From assembly GCA_977016875.1 (NCBI GenBank), contig CDRNST010000293.1, forward strand, positions 1,426,001 through 1,490,000: a DNA stretch of 64,000 nt. The letters run 5' to 3'. Below the pieces are notes generated by a model that did not search any database, was not told where the DNA came from, and worked only from the letters and a program-made list of their open reading frames with translations. The position numbers were made by a program, and so were the translations under genes. Positions within the stretch are counted from its first letter, which is position 1. Every line of letters starts with the position of its first letter. Shown here piece after piece: positions 14,338-29,000 of the stretch. The stretch comes from Pavona decussata (lineage: Eukaryota).

Positions 14338-14530
14338 GGTGAGGGGTTGAGGCGAGAAGTCCGTCGAAATGTCAAACTACAGAGGGGGAGGGGGTGAGGC
14401 GAGAAGTCCGTCGAAATGTCAAACTACAGAGGGGGACGGGGTGAGGCGAGAAATCCGTTCAAATGTCAAACTACAAAGGGGGAGGGGGTGAAGCGAGAAC
14501 TCTGTGGAAATGTCAAACTACAGGGGTGGA
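14338..14530. repeat. 47-bp minisatellite, 4 copies (3 copies in the second unit at ~44555-44695)
   Basis: Unit GGGGTGAGGCGAGAAGTCCGTCGAAATGTCAAACTACAGAGGGGGAG. Confidence 0.9.
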
Positions 14531-16724
14531 GTAGTTTAACGGTTCTCCCAGTGGTGATAGAAGTAAAATAACGCCAGGATAGTTCAGCTCATGACTCAGT
14601 ATTAGTACATTAGTGGTGTGGATCACTTCACTGAATTTCATTTTGGACGACAATTACACATAAGCTTAGAAACATTGTACAGGTAACTCTTATCTTTATT
14701 TCATACCTCCACACGTTTACAATTTCGCTTTTAATAATATTTCTGAAATTTAAAAATACCCAACACCAAATGAAGATCGTCAATGATCAGTTTTGATTAT
14801 GATAATTATACCCGAAACATGACTTTTAATTATTCCGATGCTTTTCTGTGGCTAACAGAAAAATCAGCTAAATTTTCAACTACTTCAATTGAAAACCTTA
14901 CTAAAAAAATGGTCAAGTTACCTTGTCGTAAAAATAAATTTAAAGATCGTTTTCGCTGTTCAGTTTTTTAAGCAACATAATTGTGCTGATGCCATGAAAG
15001 ACAGCAATCAAGTTAACGACACTGGGTATTGATTAATTGCGATCATAAAAGAGGTAACAGTATTGCCTAATGCCGGTTATAAGATAAAGTTCTCTCACCA
15101 GCTATAAACTTATGTTTAATCTCATAGTCGACATTCAAGTGATTCATGATCACCTGAAATGCTGACTATCCTTTAAGAATTTACTCCATGCACCTAAAAA
15201 TACCCTATCTCCTTAATTACTAAAGGCAATTACTTCTTTTCAAGAGAGGATCACTAAGAGACTTTTACAATTTGATCCATATATCTAAAACAAACGGATC
15301 CAAGATAGAAGTCAATCAACGACTTCAAACCATAAAAAAGAATATTATGATTCCCTTCCATTGCATCATGGTATTGTTAAAAGTTTTTAGGCAGTATTCA
15401 CACTCAGCTACCGCTAATCGCCAGAGAGAGAAAGCTAGTCATTGACCGTGAACCGATCATCAGTAATATTTCTATGACTACTAGACCATTTAAACGGGAT
15501 TTCTGGCGCCAGCCAGACCCCTGCAGCTAGAGTGTAAAATACATGGATATATGGCTATTTTTACGCGTGAATTTGGGTAACAGTAACATTAAGGCCACCT
15601 TTTGAAGGGTTCCTTAATGTAATCTATGCAATTGCACGTCAATACCTACAAGTGAAGTTATCTTTTAGGAACCTGCAACGTCGATGGAACCTTTAATAAT
15701 CGCTTTTCACTCAGCGTGAAAAGATCGATTGTTGGAGATCAACTACAATAATTAACATTGTAAAATTGCACGCAGTGTCTTAAACTATTACGCTGGTCAA
15801 GTGTAAATGGCGTTTTAGTTGAAGGAATGCACTTGAAACTGGCTGCCCGAGTTGTTTGGTTGAAGAAAAGCTGTTTAACTCTCGGCATGAAAGCTGCTCT
15901 TGGAATTTACGCTTAAGTTAGTGCGAAGCTTGAGATAGATCATATCAACAACTTCCATTGTCGTCCAAAATTAACTCCATTGAGTGTGTGAGAAAGACAG
16001 GGGCATTGTAATAGCTGTTTCTTCAAGTTCACAGTAAGATCAAACACGTGTCTAAACAAAGTTTGAAATACTTATCTAACACAGCATTTGTTACTCCGTG
16101 CAATTCTAAAGTTTCTTTTGTCGTCACGTAATACCTGTTACGTGTTATGCCATTTATCGCCTTACTGAGAACATTGCTTTGAATATTTCTGTCCCCTTTT
16201 GTTTTCAAGTGCATCCCCTATCTTCAGTTACAGATTCCTTGATTATCAGATTTGTTCTTATACCAGGTAAGGAGCTAACTCAGGACTGGTCACCCTACCG
16301 AGTGAAAAAAGTCCCTTATATAATCGCTAGGGGGAGGGACGCTAGCAATCGGCGATAGATAAATCAAAATTGCCAAATTTTCACAAAGCCCTCTTCCCTC
16401 TCCCGATTAAAAACAGAAAATCAAAATTAAGACCAAAAGCCTAAAATAACATAAGTAATGTCTCTCCACAGAACAAATCGTCTTTTAAAATATTTTTTTT
16501 ATGTCAATGAAGGTCAGTACTACACAGAATAGGAATAGTTACTGCTATGAATTATACGTTAATTAAATGTTCTCTTAATGACATATCATTCTGCTACTTG
16601 AGTTCTAGGAAAATGATTTTTGTGTCTCAGCTTATGTCTTACCGTTATAGAAACATATAATTCATATTTGTGATATTTAAAGACTGTAAGCTGGGGCCAA
16701 AACTCCATCGCCAGTTTGTGTTTT

Positions 16725-17065
16725 TTAAGTTGTTTCGTAGAAAGTTTCTATTTCATCCGGTTGGAAGTTATGGTAACTTCCTGTGAGGAATGTTCGTGTA
16801 AAGTCGCTGCCATAGCTGTACCCACTGGGTGTTGCGTAGGTGTATCCAAGGTTTTCGTATGAATTTATTTTTGATGAGGCGTAGTCAGATACGTAAATGT
16901 CATGACCCCCGAAAGTAGGTCCATAAGAGGAGCAGCTGTATGTGGAATGAGCCCTTTGATAACTATATTGTCCTGTTTGAGTCAGTTTCACTGGCGCCCA
17001 TCCTGGCTTGTTTACCAGTGAAAACAGGAAAGCTTTCGAATCGTATCGATAACCACAACTGGAAA
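16725..17065 (-). CDS. Copy B exon 17: C-terminal half of TLDc domain
   Basis: D.KAFLFSL..., YGPTFGG.HDIYV, FL.G...F..DEIETF motifs; stop codon at 16727-16725. Confidence 0.88.
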
Positions 17066-20000
17066 CTAACAAGGAAATAAAGAAATAAAAAAATCAAACA
17101 AACTGACACATTCTTCTGATGATTACCCCATGGGATAAAGGTAAAGTCGCACTTCAAGCCTAAGTCGGCCACACAGCGGGTAGGAGATTAACCTGATCAC
17201 CTAAGTATGAAACAACTAGGAGTACTACTCCAGCCGACCTACATCCCCTCCCCCCCGAGTCGCAATGCGTCAATCACAGGACTATCCCAGACAGTCTTTT
17301 GCCGGTACTCACTTGTACACTAAGGAAGATAGTGAGACAATGCGGAGTTAAGGCTACTCTGTGACAAAACTACGCGACAATATAGAGACCAGCTTAGCCT
17401 TGATCTGACGCTTCGATCAACCGATTAAAAAATCCAACCCGCTAACCATTTCAAGTTGTCACAAAGAATCACCCAGTACCTCTAGTGAACGAAAAAGCGT
17501 GCAAACACAGACGCGTCTCATTGCTCAAAACTGGTGCTTCACTTAGGCCCGGTTCATACGTCGAACTTTACATGAGCCGAACCTAATCATTTGGTTCGGC
17601 GCATGTAAAGATCGACGTATGAATCAGTTAGGATCGACAGAATTGTATTTGGGTCGACCCGCCGTTCTATTCGACTGCGCCAGTCGAATAGAACGGCAAA
17701 AGTTCGACTTCGATTTAGACGTCGAATTTTTCATGTGCCGAACCAAATGCATACGTTACGTATAAATTATATAAATTATATCTATCCCAGAGGTCTGTGC
17801 ATTCTCTCGACTTGGCATGTGCGCAAAGGACTTCATTCTGAACAAGATGGCGGGAAAAGAGGAATGTGCTTGTTCTTCTTGTTCCAAAACAACTGAATAT
17901 ACTTCTCTGAGATGCGAAAGATAAAAAAAAAAAACGAATCTATCCTTGAAGTGCACACGCACTTTAAACTGACAGAAACTTTCCAATACAGGCTCTATCA
18001 AAGGCGACGCATCAAGACTTCTCAGAACAAGATCTTCAAAAACAACATTTGAAGAAAACATTACTCTATTCAAACAGAGATTATGCAACAGAGGTTACCT
18101 CGATAACCTTATAAATAAAACTCTTTCAGAAGTCAACCTCCGCGAAAGAATGTCGGCACTACAAAACAAACTAAAAACCTGCAAAAACATTTTGAGCTTT
18201 GTTATGGAATATCGCCCTTCTGTACCTAACCTAAAACAATTCAGATGAGTAAATACAGGAGCCATAATCAGGGATGGAGACCGTAAGTGTGGGGTCCACG
18301 CGTCCCCATGAGTTGTACCATAAAAATCTATTCAGTTTAGAAAAAATTGCTCCCCCCCCCCCCCCCTCACGTCATAAACCCGCGTGAATACACGAAAATT
18401 TGCGTGCGGCTTCTACCTTATATGTGACACGCAAAGCAGCTGACAAAAAATTCACTAAAGATAAAAAATTCCTTACCTGTCTGAGTACATGTCCGTAGAG
18501 TGTAAGCTTTTTTATTCATCCAACAGTAGCAACGTACGCAGCGCCACCGTTTTGGCGCCTTTTTGACTTTACGGTAAGAGTCATGTATCAATAGGCCGCT
18601 TATTCCAACTTTTCCCATCTTCTTTCAATTGTTACCTTTTCCTTGTGAGAGTCTAATTCCTTAAATGTTGGCACTGAGGAGATATTCCCTGGCAGAATTT
18701 TAAAATTTGGACGCCATTTTGAACGGGTAGAAAAAAATTTCAATTTCTCCACGCGCGATCCTGGCCGTTTACGCGCGTGCGCGCACGCGCGTATGGCGCA
18801 ATTTTTTTCTGAAAATAGATTTTTTGGTACAACACATGGGGACAAGCCCACAAATCAAAATGGCATCTCGTTACGGTCTCCATCCCTGATTATCTCTCCT
18901 GGTAAATGACACTGCACTTGATAGAAAATCAGCCTCTGCTAAGGGAGATCTACAAAGACCCTTCCTAGTTCCTTACTTTCGTACAGAAAAGGGAGATCTT
19001 TGAAAGACGTACTAGTAAGAGCAAATTAGCTTTGAAGGTCATATTCTTCCTATCTCGACCAGTAGGAGCCGTGTTTGGCCTATCTTTATTATTTTACCAA
19101 ACAAGTGAATTCTAAATCATCTTTCCCGCCATTTTGAATCTTGTTGAGTAAAAACAGCAGCCGCTGACCACGAAAATCTACTTTCTCACCTTAGCTTTAA
19201 TTAAGTTCGACTTCAGTTAGGTTCGACGTCTGAATCAACTGCCGAACTTAATTATTTGGGTCGACCTTAATAGGTATTAGGTTCGGCTCATGTAAAGTTC
19301 GACGTATGAACCGGGCCTTAGGGATTGATTCAAGGCTAACAACAAGGTAGTCACTAATCTTTGGAGCACTGACATATTTTTTCGGGTTTGCATTCCTTGC
19401 CCAAGAATAATTATAAAAACCCGTAGCGCGTTTGCGCAAGTGAACCCTTTGAAAACTGGAAACATTGGTGGAGGGGGAAGGGAGAGTTAACATTGCAACC
19501 ATCTAAAGACCTCTGTTCAAGATTGTATGTACCCCTTTGGTTAAATGAATTTAACAGTTTAATGAGAAAATCGTCAAGTTTAGTTCAGTATTGCTAGGGA
19601 ACTGAAAAGACTGACACATCTTAAGGTTTCGTTGCATAAGAACACTATGGGCCCGTTTCTTAGTACTTTTTAGTACTTTTTTTTTAATTTAACACATATT
19701 CATCGGATTTACGAGAAAAAGTAGTAGTGATGGTTGTTCTAATATGAGAAGCAAGCAATGAAATACAAAAGGTTTTTTTTTAATTCACTCGATCAGCGCG
19801 GTTAAGTTAATGCTCAGAAGTTTCACTGTATAATTCTGACACATGAAATATTTAAACCAAGATTGCGCCATAAAAAAAAATCAATTTTTAAAACTAGTAA
19901 GTTGTCTAGAGCAGGATCCACAGTTATGCTACACAAATGAAAAGCATAAAAATTACAAGAAGATGAGGGGATATTGAAAGCAATAAACAGTTTTCTTTAG

Positions 20001-23000
20001 TTGAACAACGACAGTAAACGATCTGGCCTATAAAAAATACAAACAACTGATTTTGTTAAATGAAACCAGTGTGCGATGAAATCAGGCAGTGCATCTGATA
20101 TAAACTTAAATATCTATACATGTGTGTCATGTGCTTATTCTTCATATTGGCTGTTTTCGAATTTAGGACCGTTCAGTTAAGATTGGAACAGAAAGTCTTA
20201 GTATCCGAATTAAGGGACCGACTATTTAAAGGAAGTTAAAACCGAGGTTGAGATGGTCGTAGTCTGAATACCACCGCTTTGCCCAAGATCGATTCCGATT
20301 ATTTAGACGAGGTTTAGTCGTGGATTTAGATGAAGCTTACCCGTGGTTTTCGGAGTAATCTTCAAAGCCTGATTTTGGCTTAAGCAAGGTCTAACTTAAC
20401 TTCTGTTCAAACGCGGATGTTACATCCGATTTAAATTCTCTCTGATTTATGATTTGTTTTCTTTCTGCTTTACGACGCAACCCGGTAATTAGCTCTGAGC
20501 TGAGCTATTCCACTCCAATAATGGAGTTAACAGTTTAGGTTTAAAATGATGTTTTGAGGAATTACTGTATTTTAACATTGGTGATTGACAGACTCTTGAT
20601 AAGAAATTCAAATTGTGACTCCATTTTCCAATTATATGATTCAAGGAAAGTTTGTGCTTTTTACCGAGCAAAGCTAACTCCAATACGGAGTTAAAAACAT
20701 CTTTTTTGGAGTTATAATCACTCCAAATATGGTAGGGCCACAACCATGAGTTAAATCAAAGAGTTATTCTAAACGCTTGAAAATTACTGCAAGGTAAATA
20801 AAGTCACTTACTCCATGAGACACTGGCGTATCCTCCAAATATATACTGGCCGACCTTTATTATCGTCACGGTAGGACCCTTGTTATCGCACCCGGAGTGA
20901 AAGGTAGATGCAGCCCAACCATCAACGGACGCACGCCAACACCGCTTCCAGTAAGAAGATTTACTCTGAAGGACAGGTTTGAGCCAGTTGCTTAAAGTGC
21001 CAAGGTAATTATCGTTGTTTTGCAGAATGGATGAATGTCCTAAGCCTTCAATTGAAAAATTATAAAATGTCATCATGAGAGGCAAAACATAAACGATATA
21101 CATATTTTTAAAATATATAGCGTACACGAGAAAGACTGGCTGATTCGATTTCCAAAATCTTCGAAGGCAGTTAAGAAAAATTCCGCGCAATAACTTCTCC
21201 AACCATTAATAATTTTAAGAGGAATTCAAAGCAAAAGTTCATTGAATTTATGATATTTTTTAAAGATCATATTTCATATTTCCAAACCTCCTTCCTTTTG
21301 AGGACAACAATTTAACATTTTGTCGTTTATTTGTTTTTATACAACTTTCAACCTGCATTTAAATCTTGCTATTAATCACGTAGGATGGCTGAATAGCTAA
21401 GAGCCTTAAATAGATACCCACTTTGATACGGGAAGTGGGGGAAGGGGAAAATGTTTTAGTGGACTGGACTATTCGTTGAGTACTGCGCGGGCTATTTGCT
21501 AACAAAACTAGGTCAAATATCTTTTATATCATATAAGTTTCAGCTTATTTAAAAAGATCCTTTAAACGGCCACACTTTTAGAATACTTACCAGCATAACT
21601 ATAATAGCAATCAAAGCCATTTCCCACATATCCACTGTTACACTTGCAGGAATAGGATCCACGTTTGTTTGTACAGGTGGCCAGCTGATGACAGTAAGAT
21701 GTCTCTTTGGTGCATTCATTAAGATCTGAAAAATAATTTAAAATATTAAAAATAAAGTAGTAGAATTTAAGATATCTATTACTGTTACTTATTTATTCCA
21801 AAACAGCAGTAATAGCAGTTGTGTATTTAAACTTCTGGTTTCTCAAAAGTGGAAACATGCACGACTGATGGTCTTAAACAGGAAGGCACAACCAGAACTA
21901 CCTCATTAAATAAAAAGTAGATTTTCTTCTTACAATATTTTTCCATAGACGTACTCGTTAGAAAAACACTGTTTCGCAGGGACTCACACAATTTTTAAGC
22001 CAACTATCGTTTGAATGTGCTCGTAACTAGACAACTGTCATGTCTGTATTAGTTCAATGTATATGTATATCATAGTTTTAGTACATTGTTGTGCTCAGGG
22101 CTCCCATTGATAACAGACAGCTTTTTGCATCTGAAGGGGCTACCCTGAGCGTTATAAATCAATAAAGGTTCTTCTTCTTCTTCTTCATCTTCGGTTCCTC
22201 ACTCTATTTAATCAAAAGGTGAAGCATACTGTTGTAAATAATAAAGGCCCCCGTGTAACTTGAAACTGTCGACAAAATGTTCCCTTCTCTTGTGTCACGC
22301 TTTGAATCTCATTATATTTTGTTTGGTCACTGGTGTCTATCAATCATTCTTCACCAGTTTCAGTTGTAATCAGCCTACCTTTCTTACAAGTATACTGATG
22401 GCAGTCACTGCACTTGACGTCATTCCATTTGTAGTTGTGCTCCACGCCAAGTGCGTGCACGCAGTCTTCTTCTCTAAAATTATTTGGTTGATTCTTAGCC
22501 CAAGCTGTGAAGTCTCCAGCTCCAAGATCCGCCCAAATGAAGCTACCCTCTGTGGAGATGTCATTTAATCCCAGCCAGGATTTTTCGCCATTATGACGAT
22601 GCTGCAAAAACACGTTCTCTTCATTGTTGTTAATGTCGACAAGGACTGATTTTTCTTGACGGCATTTGTTCATCGCTGTGGTCCAGTTTGTGCATGTTTC
22701 ACTTGTATAGTAACAAAAGCCATTGAAATAGCTCCAGCCAGGATCACAGACATCTGTAAATATATCAGAAGAGATTATGAAATCCAGAACTGTAATAACC
22801 AAAGAATAAAACTGCTAACAGGGGCACCCAACGGATCGCTTCGCTAATTTATCTGTTCGGAAGGCCCTTAATCCCTAGTCTCCCTCGCAGCCGTTTTTTG
22901 GGCTGTCACGCAACGCTCCCCTTGTTTTAGGGGGAGCGTTGCGTGACAGCCCAAAAAAACGGCTGCGAGGGAGACTACTTAATCCCCGGCAATTTTCTAA

Positions 23001-26000
23001 AGAGAATTTTCACCTCGAACGTTCGTGATATCGGAAATTTAAGGCCTAGTGTTTTCAGGTACCGAAGGTCACCGAAGGAAGGTCAGCTAAGATTTTCGAA
23101 AAGGAAATAAGACCAAAGGTTTTCGAAAAATGGACATAAATGCCCTAGTAATTTTGAAAACACTCAAGTTCCCAAAGAATGACCGAACAGATAAAAAATA
23201 TTATAGCGCGGCCTAAAATGAACCTACAGAGCTTAAAGGCACTCCAGATAGCCTAGAATTGCGTTGCAAAGGATTTGAGAGAAAACTGTCGTTGGGTGCC
23301 CCTGTGACAATGGATAATAATCATTAGTAGCCAAAAACAGGCCGTCGATTGTCCTTAATAAAGCTAATGACATATCAATATATTCATGAATACAATTCAG
23401 TGACGCAACTTTCGTTCTTCATCGAATGGCTCTAAAATGGAATTAATTAAAAACCGAGGTTCTATTCTGTTCCTCTTGTTTGCTTCTGTTGAGTATTTCA
23501 CACATTTTACTTCTCATCGTGCTGCGCATAATACAGTATTATCTTTTCTAGGTTACTATGCATTATTAAGTTGAATATACCAGACAACAAGGCGTATTTA
23601 CTGACCTGTAAGCACCGCGTAACTTACTGACAGCGGATCATATCTGGTCTGGTACAATTCCTTGACACAGACTCTGAATCCAGAGGAATTCATGTTCTGT
23701 AGAAGTAAAATTTAATTGATGCTTACTTGCTTCTTTAGTTGGCGTTAAGATTTTTTTCCGAACAATAAATCTATTCCCAAAAGATTTCCAATAATTTATC
23801 TCATGATTAAACGACTAACGTCGCTGAAAAATGAATTGCAAAATTTTTATTGCCGTAATTTTTAATAAAGGACGATCCGTGGAACCTAAATTTTTTTCAC
23901 CATTCTCAAATTCTTAGGTTTTGTCTCTGACATGGCTTTGTTAAGCGAGCAAGAGAACAAAGATAAAAGAGCTTTTTTTTTAATAAAGAAAAGAAAAAAA
24001 AACGTCAACAAGTATTTAAGTATATTATATATATTTTCCTAAGTTTTCCTTTGATTCGTTATGCCGGACACAGTTTCTTAAAAGGTAATTTCCCATTGGT
24101 ATAGAGTGTGTGCACGACGGAGATGTTGGAGGACCGAAACAATACAATGATTTTCCTTTGCGAAATATATTCTATTTTTATGCAAATATCTTCTATTGTT
24201 TTAGCCCTCCAACATGGCCGCCGAGCACACACTCTATAGTTACAGTTTCGAAATACTTTATATAAAAGTTGCTTCTATAAAAAAGCCTTACCTCGATCCA
24301 AGCTGTGATCCCGTTGTGCACTGAAGCTGAGTTTCCACTTGCCGTCGTGCTGTGATTAGCGGATATTAAAATCGTTGGCGTTGAGTTATAAGCTCTTGTA
24401 AATGAAACAAACTGCAAAAGAAAATAAATGTTAATACAACAGGTTTTATTGTTTTGTGTTGTATTTATTTACTTTTAATTAATTAATTTGTTTATTTATT
24501 TGTACATATATGTGTCAAGTCAATCATCTTTCTCTCTTATTTTCATTCTCATCACATTTCTTACAGAAAAAAATCATTTCTTTTAGAAATATATGCTGAT
24601 TTCGTTTTTTTTTTTTTTTGAACATCCTGTTTAAGTGGTTCTTCTCGTTTTTTGTTTAAGGCCATTGACTCTTGATTAATACAGAGTTTATGGCTACATA
24701 GGAAAAGAATATCTTATTAAACCAGGCTCCGTGACACAGTTTTCTTGATATACCATGGCACGCTAAGCTTCCACTGCATCTCACGTGGTGGCGGCAAGCG
24801 TGAACATCACGTCACAACAGTAAATCACGGCTAGACATGAAAAAGGGCTGCATGTAGGAACCTATGATGAATGCATGTACTTTGCCATAGGAAACACAAA
24901 TCCAAGTACTTATAGATATCATACTGGACTCCATTCGTATATATCGTACCGCGACACTCGATTTTGCAGCGTGTCTTACACAGGGCTCCATATATTTGCA
25001 TGATTTGGCAATGTATTGTAAGCCTGCATATTCCGCAAAAGAGTTCCATGTAATCTACCCTTCTCCATTGAGAAATTAGCCACGTAAATTCGTTTTAATT
25101 TTTAAGGCCCTTGCTTTCTGGATCCAGTCAAGTTTTCCCTACCTCACAGTAAGCGTTGTTGTTTTCGTCTGCTGGTGGGTTTGTGTTTGGAAAACCGATC
25201 GTTCCGTGCTCGTTAAATAGCGGTTTGTGGAGTTTGGCGAACGCGAACCAGTTCTGTCAAAAGAAATAACAGTCTTAAATGGAACCACTGAATACCAACC
25301 AATAAATGTAAGAAGCCACTGACAATTCTGTGAGACGTGTTGTTGAAAGTGAATGTATTATGTCGTCAGTGACACAAGCATACTCAGAAGCCAAGGTATT
25401 AAGAGAAGGTCTTGCCCGGAAAAGCGTTTTATCACCTAAGTATGCTTTTCTCCTTCGGCTAGACAACGCGGTACAAAAAGCCACTTTTTGAAAACCAAAC
25501 AGTGCAGCCCTTCGGCCTTAATCTCGAACTCATGATCACTCCTTACACAAAGTACTCAGAAACGCATAAGCAAACAGCTGAATATCATAACTTTTTTGAA
25601 GAGGAAAGAACCTAATGATATATTTGTCAAAGCTTCTTGTTTTATTAAAAATTTTGATACAATCGCACCTCTATTAAGCGGCCACCCTGGGGACTTTGAA
25701 AACTGGCCGCTTAATAGAGGTTGGCCGTTGAATAGAGGCATCGAATACAGCACTTTACTGACAAAATAATAATTCGGGACTTTAGAAAGTGGCCGCTTAA
25801 TGGAGGGTGGCCGCTTAATAGGTGGCCGCTTAATAGAGGTCTGACTGTAGTGCGCTGTAGCACTCGTGCAACTTTTACCTTGCATAAAAAATTGCTCAAA
25901 ACGACAATAACTTCAACCAATCAGGGGATTGAACATTAATGGTAGTAGCTTTGTACAAAACACCTATAGCTAAGAGCATACCACGTTAATGTCCTCATGT

Positions 26001-29000
26001 TTTCCATCAAAATTCTGCATTTCTCTAAGGCATGCCTTAAAAGAGCTCTTTGTAGTATCTTCGAGCCAAATGAGAGCGGCATCATACTCATTTCCTGTCC
26101 TTAAATGTTCTGACGTTATAAGAACCACAGGCGCTTCAGCAAACTTGTCCTAGAAAATTACAAGAAAAGAGGTAGTCGGAAATAGCGAAAATCAGTTGGT
26201 TAACAAGTATATTTAAATGTTTTTACTGTTTCCTGAGATTCCTGGCAGAATGAACATCCAACGTATATATCCATATTATATATTTCGATTCCAAACTACT
26301 TGTTTAGTTGTTTTACACAGAACAAAACTATGACAGGATTGACACTTAGATAATTGCTGATTGTATATCAGAGTTACCTAGAGTGCAGGTTTGGATTTTT
26401 ATTAAATGTTGTTTTCTTACGTCCTACCTTGGGAAAAGTTACATCTGCACAGTTTGTCCCAGACCACCACTTTTGCAGCTGAATCTTTCCAGTCAAGCCC
26501 TCTGGTGGGGCTCCTTGGTACGCGATCCATTCGACAGTTGCAAATGGGTTGAAATTCTCCTTTTTTCTCCCAGTTTGCATAACGCAAACAGTGAAATTTT
26601 TTGGACTGATATTTTCACTCCACGATGTCACTGCGTCGTGGACTGTTACGGAATCGTTAAGTTTCATGTGATTAACGGTGACTTGAACGTAAACCTGTTT
26701 GTCCGGATAGAAGCGGTATGGAGGAAAAGCCACTGTTTTGCAGCTGGAATCGGTCCATTCTGGAACATGGAGGAGTTCTACTCGGCCTCGAACAATTGGA
26801 AAACCTGGTAAACAATTTAACGTGTATAACATTAATTAGTCAAACTGATAACTCACTCTTTGGTTGGTATCTGATCTGCAGCACCTTTTGCAATGTGATC
26901 TAGTTGCTACACTGACAGTTGTGTTGATTAAAATCGCGTTTTTGTTTTAACTTATAGTTTGGTTTTAACCTCTCACCAGTTTGGTAGGTCCCACGTACCC
27001 GATTAACTTGTGGTCTGGCACACGAGACCCTGTTTTTTGGTTATTACGCTTCTGTTTTTGTTGTTAGCTGTCCTTTGAATATTCTGCAGATAGCCGAGTG
27101 AGTTCTTTGCAGAGTACAAGTTTCTCATTTCACAAAAGGAGAATGCACAACTGTATAACATGGTCTTCTGTGGAGCTTTCATGCAAGGTATTATTATAGA
27201 GCATCTCTCTTACCTTCACAACTTCCTGGATGGTACACAAGGTTATTTTCCAGTCCTCTACAGTAACTTAACTCATGCCAGCATTTGTTGTCGTATGTTG
27301 TTCCATTCGCAGTGCACACTGGATCCTGATAGGAGGGACATTGTTCAAAACACTCACAGCGAGCGTCATGCGCACTGTACGTCTTGCACACTCCAAACCG
27401 TGGACAATGCACATTAAGACAGGGATCGAGATCTGTGACAAAAAAAACAACAATTAAAAAATAACTAAATATTTTCTTTAATGTCATACTTGCGTGTAAA
27501 ATGAGAGATTTCTTGAATAGCTTGCTTATTGGCAGTGTAAGTAAAGATAAATAACTTTGGTAAAATTGCAATAAATGAATATAAATAAATTAATTAATTA
27601 AGAAGTTAATTAAAACACAAAACATATCTAAATATAATAAATGAAAAACCAACCCCCAATCACAGCATAGCAGACTGTTAAAGGGTCGTGACCACTTCCT
27701 GATCCCTGTAAGTCTTTTACGCAAATCTTCATACCCTTAAGGCCAACCTCCTGCAAAAAATAATAACAATTTGATAACACTTACTCCCATTTTCATGTTT
27801 AGGTAAAAAGCCAGATCTTTATAATTAATAACTTTAAAAATAATTTGAATTTTTTCCAACGTCCAAATCCAAATCCTACAGAAGGAATGTTTAACGTGTC
27901 TAGCTAGTTCAGCCGTTCATCCCCGTGTGGAACAAGGTACGTTCTGATTCTTATTCTTGGGTCCACTTCCAAAGAAGGATTGTTTAACCTGTCTAGTTCC
28001 CACTAGAGGATTCTTTTACTTGTTTAGTTCATCCGTTCAATAACATTTGCAACAAAGTGGGTTCTGATTCTTTTCTTAGGGTCCCTTCCCACATCAGGAT
28101 TCTTTGACTTGTCTAGTTCATCCGTTCAATCCCATTTGGAACAAAGTGCGTTCTGATACCCTTCTTCCCACAGGAGGGTTGTTTCACTTCTTTAGTTCAG
28201 TCGTTCAACCCCATTTGAAACGAAGTGCGTTCAGTTTCTTTTGTAATGGTCCCTTCCGACAAGGGGATTCTTTTACTTGTCTATTTTAGTAGGTCATCCC
28301 TATCTGGAACAAAGTGCTTTTGTTTCTTTTCTCATGGTCCATTCCCACAGGAGGATTCTTTTAAATTTCCACTTCAGTAGTCCAACCCTATTTGGAACAA
28401 AGTGCGTCCTGATTCTTTTCTCAGTGTCCCCTCCCATAGGAGGATTCTTTTACTTGTCTAGTTTAGCCTTTCAACCCCATTTGGAACAAAGTGCGTTGTG
28501 ATTCTTCTCTCAGGGTCCCTTCCCATAGGTGGATACCTTCAATTGTCTAGTTCAGCACTTCAACCCCATTTAGAAAAAAGTGCGCTCTGTTGCTTTTCTC
28601 AGGGTCCCTTCCCACAGGAGGCTGCTTTTACTTGTCTATTTCAGTAGTTCCACCCAATTTGGAAAAAAGTTCCCTTCTGATTCTTCTCTCGGGGTCCCTT
28701 CCGATACGAGGCTTGATTCACTTGTCTAGTTCGGCAGTTCCACATCATTTGAAACAAAGTGCGTTCTGTTTCTTTTCTCAGGGCCCCATCCCTCAGGAGA
28801 ATTGTTTTACTTGTCTACTTCATCCTTTTAACACCATTTCGAACAAAGTGCGTTGGGATTCTTTTCATGGGGTCCTTTCGAACAGGAGGATTGTTTAGCT
28901 TGTCTAGTTCAGCACTTCTACCCCATTTGGAACAAAGTGCGTTCTGTTTCTTATTACAGGATCCTTTCCAACAGGAGGATTGTTTCACTTGTCTAGTTCA

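Larger units (their letters stand above)
17546..19317. mobile_element. Harbinger-like MITE in intron 16 of copy B, hosting nested insertions
   Basis: About 40-bp perfect TIRs GGCCCGGTTCATACGTCGAACTTTACATGAGCCGAACCTAAT; TTA on both sides; empty site in copy C (~47945). Confidence 0.85.

Noticed and set aside
16725-21202. TLDc exons as an independent intracellular gene starting at ORF-track Met 21202
   Set aside because: The sequence upstream of the 21045 acceptor is not conserved in copy C, and the splice phases link cleanly to the EGF exon.
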